Below, piece by piece: positions 28,750 to 45,900 of a stretch of 64,000 bases of DNA (position 1 is the first letter of the stretch; each line of letters starts with the position of its first letter). The position numbers and the translations under genes were made by a program. The notes under the pieces are model-generated. The model saw only the letters and a program-made list of their open reading frames with translations, made no database searches and had not been told where the DNA came from. The stretch is from the human T2T-CHM13v2.0 reference genome, Homo sapiens: NCBI RefSeq assembly GCF_009914755.1, contig NC_060934.1; one strand, 5' to 3'.

Positions 28750-30292
28750 CCCCACAATCATGGTGGAAGGTGAAAGGCACATCTCACATGGCAGCAGACA
28801 AGAGAAGAGAGTTGTCCATGGGAATTCCATTTTTTAAAACTATCAGATCTCATGAGACTTATTCACCATCACAAGAACAGCATGGGAAAGACCTGCCCTC
28901 ATGATTCAGTTACCTCTCACCAGGCCCCTCTCACAACATGTGGGAATTTAAGATGAGATTTGGGTGGGGACACAGCCAAACCATATACCCATCCAACTAA
29001 ATATTGTCCTTGCTGAAATCTCAAGCACTGACAATATCATAAACAAAGCCCACAGGATTATGTTTTGTGGTACAATCAAAGGGTAAGAAGTAAAGTGCCA
29101 ATTTACATAAAACATCAAGAAGAAATCTTTGAATGGTGAAGACTTTTTAGAGTAGTTACTTTCCTTTTAGAGAGTTGAGAGTTCAGCCAGAATGAAGGAC
29201 CAAGTCCCTGGACTGACAGCTCAGAACTCAGACTATAATTTCCAAGAGAGCTTTCACCCAAAACTCCATCTTATAAAGACTGCTTGATGTCCTTGAACTC
29301 CCAGTACAAGCATATTTCATTTTTTTCAAATTACCTCCAAACAATTACATTTGTATTGCACTCATATCCTGTAATCCAAATCCCATTCTTCCAAATTGCC
29401 TGCAATATGAAACATGACTAACTCCTTCCTTGCAAGAATATTTTTTCTGACACGTGTGGTGACATCTTTTAAATAGATTCTTACAAACTGAACTTGCTAC
29501 ACAGTATGTAAGTACTACTTGGAATGTGTGAAGAAATCTTCACTGCATAAACCCAAGAGTTCACCAAGAACATAAGCTCCCGCCCTACCCCCACCTCTCT
29601 CCTCTTTGGGACATATTGAAGTTCCTGGGAAAAGTGGGGCACCCCCAGAGCACCTGTGTACCCCTGTACCCACCTGTCCTGAGTGGTCCAAATGCCAGTG
29701 AAATGCTATTTGGTGAGTGTTTCCTAGACTTTGCAAAATTTTCAAAGTAGAGGGAAATTTTGCCTGTAGCAACATATCTTACTTACCTTTCTCACCCCTT
29801 CCTTCTATTTTCCCCACATAAAAATATTAAGACAATGTTGGAAGTATTTCATTGAGAGAGAGGGAGAGCAAGAGAGATATTTAGAATGAGGATCCCTCTT
29901 GGTAGCTGATATGGTACATGAAAACAGACTAATACAGTAGCCAAAAGAATTCAAACGAATTGATAATAAAGGATTGGAGTTCTCTGGTGCTGCAGGCACT
30001 ATCCCCAGTGTAAATATTCTCTTCAGTTCTTCCCTACATCAAGCAGGCCACCTGTCTTTAGTTCCCTAAACTTACCACTCATTTCTTCCCCACACTCAAT
30101 AATCCATAACCCTCATACAGAGTACTGGCCAATCCCACAGCCTTAATGAATTCTCCCTCACTCTCCACCACCAACACACATACCAAACCCTGACTAGAAT
30201 TAGAGCTCAACACATAATTTCTTACTGATGCTAATTGGGTTAACAGCTCAAGGTCTGACTGTGGGTCTCTGGGTAGTGCCCATGGCTCAGGT

Positions 30293-30459
30293 CAGTGTCT
30301 CCCAAACCTAGAGAACCATCAGGATTTCTGAGTGAGCCCCTTGCAATTTCAGATTCCCATCCTGTCCCATCAGAATCTCCACAGGTGAGGGATGGACATC
30401 TCTGCTTTTAAAAGGCTATTCTTATCATTTTGATGATTGGCCAAGTTTGGTAATTAGTA
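30293..30459. mobile_element. MER5-family MITE remnant (its 5' part is the donor of the 37877 insertion)
   Basis: CAGTGTCTCCCAAACCT..CAGATTCCC..CAGAATCTCC..TTTTAAAAGGCT..CCAAGTTTGG. Confidence 0.55.
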
Positions 30460-30941
30460 ACCAGAAAATCTTTGAGGAACCAGACATTACCAAAAAGAAA
30501 CAGACTTGAGAGAGCTTTGGGGCTCACAGGAAAACACTCTTATCATGCACCTACTACTGCCTGCAGATTTCATTCTGAGGACTTTGGTGGCCCATGAAAC
30601 CAAATCATTTTCAATAGCCACCAACCTTATAGAAAAAAGCCCTTCAGATAGAACTTAACATATTCAAACTTTTTTCATTTTTTTAAGAATTAGTCTATGA
30701 TGAACAATTACTAAGCTTATTGTCTCCCAGCAGTTCAGGATAACAGATAAGGTCAGTGGAATTGTTAGCGGTGGAAGAGATTCGAGCTACCCCAAGTTAC
30801 TGGTGGCAAATTCATACATGTCTGCAGCAAATTTAGTCCTAGCCTCCTCAGAAGAAAGAATTAGACTGAGGGGCATACAGCAGAAAAGAGACCAAGGCAA
30901 GTTCCAGGACAGGAGTGGAAGTTTATTAAAAAAGCTTTGGT

Positions 30942-31847
30942 GGGGGAGGAGCCAAGATGGCCGAATAGGAAGAGCTCCGGTCTACAGCTCCCAGTGTGAG
31001 CGACGCAGAAGATGGGTGATTTCTGCATTTCCACCTGAGGTACTCGGTTCATCTCACTAGGTAGTGCCAGACAGTGGGCGCAGGTCAGTGGGTGCGTGCA
31101 CCGTGCACAAGCCAAAGAAGGGCAAGGCATTGCCTCACTCGGGAAGTGCAAGGGGTCAGGGAGTTCCCTTCCCTAGTCAAAGAGAGTGGTGACAGACAGC
31201 ACCTGGAAAATCGGGTCACTCCCACCTGAATACTGCACTTTTCTGACGGGCTAAAAAACGGCGCACCAGGAGATTATATCCCGCACATGGCTCGGAGGGT
31301 CCTACGCCCACGGAGTCTCACTGATTGCTAGCACAGCAGTCTGAGATCAAACTGCAAGGCGGCAGCGAGGCTGGGGGAGGGGCGCCCGCCATTGCCCAGG
31401 CTTGCTTAGGTAAACAAAGCAGCCAGGAAGCTCGAACTGGGTGGAGCCCACCACAGCTCAAGGAGGCCTGCCTGCCTCTGTAGGCTCCACCTCTGAGGGC
31501 AGGGCACAGACAAACAAAAAGATAGCAGTAACCTCTGCAGACTTAAATGTCCCTGTCTGACAGCTTTGAAGAGAGGAGTGGTTCTCCCAGCACGCGGCTG
31601 GAGATCTGAGAACGGGCAGACTGCCTCCTAGAGTGGGTCCCTGACCCCTGACCCCCAAGCAGCCTAACTGGGAGGCACCCCCCAGCAGGGGCAGACTGAC
31701 ACCTCACATGGCTGGGTACTCCAACAGACCTGCAGCTGAGGGTCCTCTCTGTTAGAAGGAAAACTAACAAACAGAAAAGACATCCACACCAAAAACCAAT
31801 CTGTACATCACCATCATCAAAAACCAAAAGTAGATAAAACCACAAAG
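30942..31847 (+). promoter_or_regulatory. L1 5'UTR internal sense/antisense promoter, short (129-bp-deleted) type
   Basis: YY1 site CAAGATGGCCG at 30953-30963; CpG-rich; junction GGGTACTCC|AACAGACC at 31722/31723. Confidence 0.85.
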
Positions 31848-32864
31848 ATGGGGAAAAAACAGAGCAGAAAAACTGGAAACTCTAAAAAGCAGAGTGCCTC
31901 TCCTCCTCCAAAGGAACGCAGTTCCTCACCAGCAACGGAACAAAGCTGGACGGAGAATGACTTTGACGAGCTGAGAGAAGAAGGCTTCAGACGATCAAAT
32001 TACTCCGAGCTACGGGAGGACATTCAAACCAAAGGCAAAGAAGTTGAAAACTTTGAAAAAAATTTAGAAGAATGTATAACTAGAATAACCAGTACAGAGA
32101 AGTGCCTAAAGGAGCTGATGGAGCTGAAAACCAAGGCTCGAGAACGTCGTGAAAAATGCAGAAGCCTCAGGAGCCGATGCGATCAACTGGAAGAAAGGGT
32201 ATCAGCGATGGAAGACGAAATGAATGAAATGAAGCGAGAAGGGAAGTTTAGAGAAAAAAGAATAAAAAGAAACGAACGAAGCCTCCAAGAAATATAGGAC
32301 TAAGTGAAAAGACCAAATCTACGTCTGATTGGTGTACCTGAAAGTGACGGGGAGAATGGAACCAAGTTGGAAAACACTCTGCAGGATACTATCCAGGAGA
32401 ACTTCCCCAATCTAGCAAGGCAGGCCAACATTCAGATTCAGGAAATACAGAGAACGCCACAAAGATACTCCTCGAGAAGAGCAACTCCAAGACACATAAT
32501 TGTCAGATTCACCAAAGTTGAAATGAAGGAAAAAATGTTAAGGGCAGCCAGAGAGAAAGGTCGGGTTACCCTCAAAGGGTAGCCCATCAGACTAACAGCA
32601 GATCTCTCGGCAGAAACTCTACAAGCCGGAAGAGACTGGGGGCCAATATTAAACATTCTTAAAGAAAAGCATTTTCAACCCAGAATTTCATATCCAGCCA
32701 AACTAAGCTTCATAAGTGAAGGAGAAATAAAATACTTTACAGACAAGCAAATGCTGAGAGATTTTGTCACCACCAGGCCTGCCCTAAAAGAGCTCCTGAA
32801 GGAAGCGCTAAACACGGAAAGGAACAACCGGTACCAGCCGCTGCAACATCATGCCAAAATGTAA
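31848..32864 (+). pseudogene. ORF1: L1 ORF1p (RNA-binding chaperone), inactivated by nonsense codons
   Basis: MGKKQSRKTGNSK..; 1017 bp in frame, with stops at 32295-32297, 32301-32303 and 32580-32582. Confidence 0.95.
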
Positions 32865-32927
32865 AGACCATCGAGACTAGGAAGAAACTGCATCAACTAA
32901 CAAGCAAAATAACCAGCTAACATCATA

Positions 32928-36759
<3,832 letters not shown>

Positions 36760-36969
36760 ACAATGAGAACACATGGACACAGGAAGGGGAACATCAGACT
36801 CTGGGGAATGTTGTGGGGTGGGGGGAGGGGGGAGGGATAGCATTGGGAGATATACCTAATGCTAGATGACGAGTTAGTGGGTGCAGCGCACCAGCATGGC
36901 ACATGTATACATATGTAACTAACCTGCACATTGTGCACATGTACCCTAAAACTTAAAGTATAATAATAA

Positions 36970-37008
<39 letters not shown>

Positions 37009-37317
37009 AAAGCTTCAGTACAGGAAAGAAAGGAGAGACTCAAGTGGGCACCTGAAGGTTAAAGAGAGAAAGGTCAAGTGGCCTGTTTAACCATGATCTT
37101 AGGACTTTTATATTATAGACTTGCCTCTTTTCCATGATTCTTCCTTTAGGGTGGGCTTTCTGCATGTGCAGTGCCCTCCTTACCTTTGGGAAGTGAGCAT
37201 GGACAGTGTGTTTAGGAAATTGTACCCATGCCCATCTGAGGCTTTCTTCCTTTTTCCAGTGGAGTGTATCCAGAAGATCACACTTTGCCAATTTCGTTTC
37301 TCAATGTGTATGCCCAG

Positions 37318-37670
37318 TGATGTGGTTTGGCTGTGTCCCCACCCAAATCTCAACTTGAATTGTATCTCCCAGAATTCCCATGTGTTGTGGGAGGGACCCA
37401 AGGGGAAGTAATTGAATCATGGGAGCCAGTCTTTCCATGCTATTCCCGTGATAGTGAACAAGTCTCACGAGACCTAATGCGTTTATTGGGGGTTTCCACT
37501 TTTGCTTCTTCCTCATTTTCTCTTGCTGTCACCATGTAAGAAGCACTTTTCTCCTCCCGCCATGATTCTGAGGCCTCCCCAGCCATGTGGAACTGTAAGT
37601 CCCATTAAACCTCCTTTTCTTCCTAGTCTTGTGTATGTCTTTATCAGCAGCATGGAAATGGACTAATACA
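37318..37670 (+). mobile_element. THE1A solo LTR
   Basis: TGATGTGGTTTGGCTGTGTCCCCACCCAAATCTCAACTTGAATTGTATCTCCCAGAATTCCC..GACTAATACA; perfect TSD CCCAG (37313-37317, 37671-37675). Confidence 0.95.
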
Positions 37671-37876
37671 CCCAGGAAGTTTCTTCTCCCTGGGGCTGCT
37701 TTTAATTAACATTTCAATGTTAACAGGTGTGGACCATCTGGAAATGGCCTCTCCCTGGCTCCAGCTGCCAGTTTATTACTTTTAGAGAAGCAATGCAATA
37801 ATTGCCAAACCATCACCCGACATTTCTGGTGGGCGGGGGTAAGAGTCCTCTCCTGCCCTGCTCTCACCTAACTACC

Positions 37877-37995
37877 TGTTAGTTGGGTTAACAGCTCAAG
37901 GTCTGACTGTGGGTCTCTGGGTAGTGCCCACGGCTCAGGTCAGTGTCTCCCAAACCTAGAGAACCATCAGTATTTCTGAGTGAGCCCCCTACAAT
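37877..37995 (+). repeat. 119-bp direct copy of 30229-30347
   Basis: 6 mismatches in 119 bp by manual alignment; TACCTGT repeated at both junctions. Confidence 0.95.
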
Positions 37996-38084
37996 ACCTG
38001 TAACAGAATCTGACCACCAAAGTGCAAGCCATGAAAGATACTCATAATAACTTCTCATCTGGGTCCCTCTCCTTAGGTTGCCTG

Positions 38085-38293
38085 TAATAATCAAGGTCAT
38101 TTTTGACTCCAAAGAACACTTGGCAAGGCCTGCAGACATTTCTGCTACAACTAGGGAAGGGGATTCTACTGGTACATAATGGGTAGAAGTCAAGGATGCT
38201 GCTCAACATCCTCCAATACACAGGGCAGCCCACTCTCACAACAAATCATCGAACCCCAAAAATGTCAATAGTGCCAAAGTGGAGAAACCCTAG
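38085..38293 (+). mobile_element. MER20
   Basis: GGATGCTGCTCAACATCCTCCAATACACAGGGCAGCCC..AAAATGTCAATAGTGCCAAAGTGGAGAAACCCT. Confidence 0.8.
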
Positions 38294-40620
38294 CTTAGAA
38301 TAATACTCTGCAGTGTTCAATTGGCAATTCATAAACTTGATTTAGGTCTAACTCAATGAAAATCCTCTTCTATTTTGATGGTGGAGTAATCACCATGACA
38401 GATTTGGAATATGGCAAATCTTTTAATTATTTACTTAATGGTTGTCTTAAATGACAACTATATGCAAGCATCATACTGGGAAGAGGGCTTTGGAGTGAAG
38501 AAAGCATGGTCCCTGCCCTCATGGAGCTCACAGGGTTGAGAGAATTGTTGGAGAGATGGGCACTAGGCAAAGAATCACCCAACTCAGGGTGAAGTGGCAA
38601 CTGTAAGCACTATAAGGAAGTGGAAGAGTGATTAATGGTGAAATTTCACCTAGTCAAGGGGTCAGGAGAGGCTTCCTTGAGGAAGCCATGATTGGGCAAA
38701 GTTCTGAGGGATGCATAGAAATTCTCTAGGGAAACAGACCTTTCCAAACAAAAGGAAGCAGCACATACAACGGTCACAGAAAGGAGTATAATACATACAA
38801 GAGGCTGAGACGCATACAAGGAAAATGAAGGTGGCACCAGAAGAGGCTTGGTTTAGAAGACAATAAAGGGGTTGGTCTTTATCTTAATAGCAATGGGAAA
38901 TCATTCACAGTCTTTTAAACTGGAGCTGGAGAGTTATGAATAATTTAGGTATCTCCTAGTCCATTGACTCTCACCCCTGATTGTACATGGGAATAGACGG
39001 GGGAGCTGTTTAAACATGCACATGTTTAGGCCCCATTTCAAATAAGTCAGAATATCTAGGGGTGTTATCCAAGCATGGGTAACTTTTAAAAGGTTGTCCT
39101 AAACCATCCCAAACCCCCAATTCACATATATTTCTATAATCTATAATTTAGTCCATAAAATATAGTTGAGGAAGAGTAAAGATTAAGACAGTAGTTACCC
39201 AGATGCAACCAGAAGCTTCTATTGATGGAGAAGTGATTCTATGCTAAGGGTTGAATAAGTCAGGCACGTTCATTAGCAAGGACCTCTCTCTAGCATAGCA
39301 GCCTGTGCTACATACAATTCTAATTCTTGTTTTTGCAAAACTACAAATAATTTTAGGACCTCTGGAAAATAGTCAACTCCATGAGTTTGAAAATCTGCAC
39401 ATGCCAAGGATCTACTGTATTTAGAAGATGGAAATGCTGTGGCAGAAATCAGAATTAAATAATATAGCAAAGCAACGGTAAAAATGGGAAAAAGAAAAAT
39501 TGAACCAAACAGCAATTGCTATCTCTCTCAGGTTATGCAAAGAAATGTTAGGTTTTTAAGTAGTTTCAAGGGGAATAGATACGGAATTTATCTCTGAAGT
39601 TTGTGGTTTCAATGTTGCCTAGAATTACAAATAATTTATAAAGTTATGTGAGATACCTTAGTGCAGTATTCTCAAGCAAAGGGACACTGTCTTCTGCTGA
39701 CTTACCCCATTAGGATACAGAATAGGCGATTAAACCAAAATGAACATGACACAGAGATAATTGCATATCATAATAAAACCTATACTAAGCACCACTAACA
39801 ATAAAAAAAGACCCAGATTTTAAACCAATAAAGGCAGGCACAGAAGTGGGAAGTATTTCAACACAACTTATTATGCCAAACAGTATGGATAACTCAATAA
39901 AGCAAAACTAGCTGCATGTCATCAGCTTTATATCAGCAGATGATTTATTTGCTTCAGTTCACCAAACACAACAAAACACTGCTCATTAGAGACACCTCAG
40001 AAATACAGCACATCTCAGTAGGATTCATAACTGTGGCTCAGTCAAGGCTCACTGGAAACATTGAGAGACAACCGGTAATTCCTTTGGTGTTTTTTAATAC
40101 AAGGGAGGTGGGGAAGAGGCAAAGAAAGGGAAGAAAAAAGCATCTGGCTTCTTGGACCAAAAGTAGTCAGTTGGGCCCAAGTACCTCTAACTTTGAACAT
40201 AAAAGACCAAAGTAGACTGTGACTCTTTCCAGAAACTTCCATTTGGGGATAAACTCATAGTTCTCTGCTGAGCTTGCATTCTGTGACTCTACAACACCAG
40301 ATATCTAAGATTAAGGAAACAGGGCAAAAACACAGATAATGGTGGTACTAAGAAATTGAGGATATTGTGACCCAAAGAGAGACTGATTTTTTTTTCTTAA
40401 TTCCAATTATTTGTCAGCTCAAACAGCTTTTAGTAATTCACTGATCTATACTCACACATAAGCCAAACACCTCCGGTGCAATAAATGTCGTTCAAATGAG
40501 ATACGCCTGAGAGTTAGAGAGGGTCAAATCACTACTAGGTCACAAGTTATGATACACAAGCTAAATACTAAATTTTCTCCGGGCAAAGGAAAAGCATAGT
40601 CAATATTTCATAAGGATTGC

Positions 40621-40989
<369 letters not shown>

Positions 40990-41899
40990 CTACAGAAGCC
41001 ATTTTGGATTTCTATGATGAAATGTGACTTGAAGCATTAATCAGGAAAATTCCATTTAATTAAGGCTTTCTGCAAGATGTGCAGCATTTGCATACTTTAC
41101 CTTTAACACATACTCCTCCAAACTTGAAGATAGATGTAGATGACATTTACAGAAGGTATATGCTATAGTTTCCAGACAACGAAGCATTTTATCTTTTTCA
41201 AATTTACAGCTCCATCCAAAAATGAAGAGATGGTGGGGTCATTTTGTTTATATTTTATTTGCAGCTAAATGAAACAGGTAACTGGTAACATTCCTGGAAG
41301 GGGGCCCATTTTCAACCCAACAGGCCAATCTCCATTATATTTAGAAAAGTTTGTCCAACGAACAAGAAGGACCACCCTAACCAACAGCCAATTAAATAAA
41401 AACCTTTTAATAAAACAACAGCCTACACACTCTATATATGCTTCTGAACAATTAATTTAATTTTTAAAAGGTTTGGCTTTTTAAATTTTATAATTTTATT
41501 ATTTGAGACGTTTTTCTCTAAGTTAGAAAACACAAGATTTCTTCCAGCATGTCATCCCGAGGAATTGGGAATTCAGGGTAGACAGGACTCACTGTGCTTT
41601 CATCTTCCTTTATACTGATGGCTAGATCACTGCTTTGAAGATCTACTCCTAATTATACCATCAATGGGCTGTAGCTTAATTGTTTCCTGAGATTCACAGA
41701 GACACAGTAGGAAGCTGTGAAATGATTAACAGTCTACTATTTGCTGAGCACTATTCTAGGAACTGAGGAAACAAACATCAACCTGTCTTCCTCAGGCTTA
41801 ATCTAGCTGTGGATGTGGAAACAGAAATAAGGACACACCAAGGTGTTACCTTCCTAGGGTGGAAACTTGCTCAGACTATCTCTGGGGTTCAAATCAGAG

Positions 41900-42110
41900 T
41901 AAACATTTGCTGAGGGTTTCCCATGCACCAAGCACTTTACAGGATTATTTCATTTAATCCTGAGGTGAACTCTATGACCAAGACACTGTAACCTTCACCT
42001 TTCAAAGAGAGAGAAACTGAGGCCTAGAGAAGTTCAGTAACCCGCATGGATCACACAGAGCAACAGTGGTGATGCCAAGGGGTAGACTGGGATCATCCAC
42101 CTCCAAACCC
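41900..42110 (-). mobile_element. MIR
   Basis: CATTTAATCCT..GAGAAACTGAGGCCTAGAGAAGTTCAGTAACCCGC..TCACACAG. Confidence 0.7.
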
Positions 42111-42169
42111 TGTTTTCTTTTTGTTTATGCTGCAATAGAATCCCACAACAGGGAAGTGGTGAGTGTCAT

Positions 42170-42830
42170 CTTGGATAGGGCCTGGGAGAAGAAAGCAGGA
42201 AAGGCTTCAAGGAGGAGGTGATTCTTGAGCCAAGTCTAAAAATGAGTGGTGCACATGGGGTGAGCAGCCCAGAAGAAGGAAGCTGGGCAAGACGAGGCGT
42301 ACAATCCCAGCCCTCCAGGGAAGCTTCTGGGCCAGGGTTGGAGGAGCTGTGAGCAACACCCTGAAACTGTCTGCAGGGCCAGGCCACCAAAGAGTTTGAA
42401 GTGGATGTGTTCATGTGGTCATAGTAGCATTTTAGAATGATCTGGTGACAGGGTGGAAGATGGATTCAAGGGACACCAGATGGAAGACAAGAAAACCAGG
42501 CAGGAAATAGTTGCATTAATATGGAGTAAAATCAGTCTCTTCGCAGTACTGGGGATGGAAAAGAGAGGATTCAATGAATATAGATGAATGACGAACAGGG
42601 TTGTGATTGATTAGCCCTGGGAAGAGAGGGAGAGGAAGGTGGCAGGGAAGGCACCATGATTTCTAGCCTAGAGGACTGAATGATGCCATTTCCTAGGTCA
42701 GAGAGTGTAGAAGGAGATGCAGCCTGATGGGGACTGGGGGGGAGATGGCGAGCTCACTGTTGAATATGTTAAATACAAGATTCCTATGGAGAGTCTAAGT
42801 GGAGGCATATCCTATAGGCTGGCGGATGTG
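42170..42830 (-). mobile_element. L2 remnant
   Basis: GGAAAGGCTTCAAGGAGGAGGTGA..GCATTTTAGAATGATC..GATGCCATTTCCTAGG..TTGAATATGTTAAAT; boundaries approximate. Confidence 0.6.
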
Positions 42831-44244
42831 GAATCAGAGCTCCTTACAACAGAACCTATCAAAAACAATAAAAGAAGCAATGGAAAATGACACCCTGGTT
42901 CCCTATGGGCCGTGTGGACTCATGTGCATGGACCACCTGAGGAGCATTTTGAAACTCCAGAGGCAAAGGAAGGCGCATGCTCCCAGCTTCACCACATGAG
43001 GGCAGCACAGAGAGCCCTCCTCACTGGGGACCTGCTGCTCTCCTATTTCCCTGATGCATTGCCTCTAACGGGTGACACAAGGTGACAATGCTCCACCTGC
43101 AAAATGGTCCCAAGGGAGGCCCTAGTGCTTGCCCTTTGCCTCTTCCACAAAGAGGCCGACTGGAAGAAGCAGTTTTCCATTTGGTAAATTAGTCCTGATC
43201 ATCTGCACCCCCGTGACGGCTAGGGTAACTTAAACTCTCTTCCGCCTAAAGCGAGGAGGACCTAAAGTGTGACAGAGGTAAAGGTCACAGGCGTTTTACG
43301 TGGCCATTCCGTCATCAATAATTCCACATGCCCCTGCATGGTTTTTCCTTTAAGGTATTTCATAGTTTATAATTCCATCTGTAGGTGATCATTTGATGAA
43401 CATTTCCCTTACTATTTCTGTAAGCGTCTGTGTCTGTCTACCCACTTCATCCTAGCTGACATGTAACATCCAAAAAATAATATTGAATGCCTACTGTGTG
43501 TTAGCCACTGCGCTGGGTCCTGAGGAGGTCAAGTTGGCTAGGTCCAGTCCCTAACGTGGAGTTGCTTACCCCCGCTATGGCCCAGATGTCATCCTTTTGG
43601 TTGGCTAAGGACATTAATTCTGACTGTTTAAAAGAGCCTCCCCTCTGGTCTCCCTGCAGCGACCTCTGAAATGCCCCTCCAGGTCTGGTCCTCACACTAA
43701 AGCCAAAGACAGCTCAGGGAGAAGGGAGCTCCCATAAGTCATCACACGAGGCAAGACCCGAGATTCAAAATGACTTTGAATTGCTCTTATAAATGACATT
43801 TGCAATTCTTAAGCAAAATGGAAATTGTACTTCCTTTCAGAGACTCATTTGCCCCCTTCCATTTTGAGCTAGCTGTGAGATGCATCCCCAATGCTTCATA
43901 ATTAAAAGACACCGCCCATTTCTGACAGCAAACACAGTCTTATGAAACAACACAAAGCTAAGATTTGCATCTTCGTCCATGAAGTTAAGAATATTAAATA
44001 TTTCTGCTCAATAACAAGCATTTTCACGAATTAGTGTAAAGAATCTGAGACCTAATACACGATTAGAATGATATGCTTGGAGGGGAAAGGGACATTCTAG
44101 TACTGTTATTGATGAAGTTACTTCAGCACTGAATGTTTTCGTCAGCTAATTTCTATACCATCAGAGAATTCTGCAGATTGAACACCCCAGCCTGAGATTC
44201 AGCCAGACAGCTCTCTCTCCATGTACACACAAACACACATATCC

Positions 44245-45900
<1,656 letters not shown>

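Larger units (their letters stand above)
26713..28988 (-). mobile_element. Complete THE1B-type MaLR: 3' LTR 26713-27068, internal 27069-28645, 5' LTR 28646-28988
   Basis: Two LTRs TGTATTAGTC..CAGCCAAACCATAT around a ~1.58-kb THE1-int; 5-bp TSD CCACC/CCATC. Confidence 0.95.

Noticed and set aside
29781-29790. Perfect minus-strand donor AAG|GTAAGT (and a similar one at ~48314-48321)
   Set aside because: No convincing acceptor at exon distance; isolated donors are common by chance
31318-31392. L1 antisense ORF0
   Set aside because: Starts MAGAPPPASLPPCSLISDCCASNQ but hits TGA (CGA>TGA) after 24 codons
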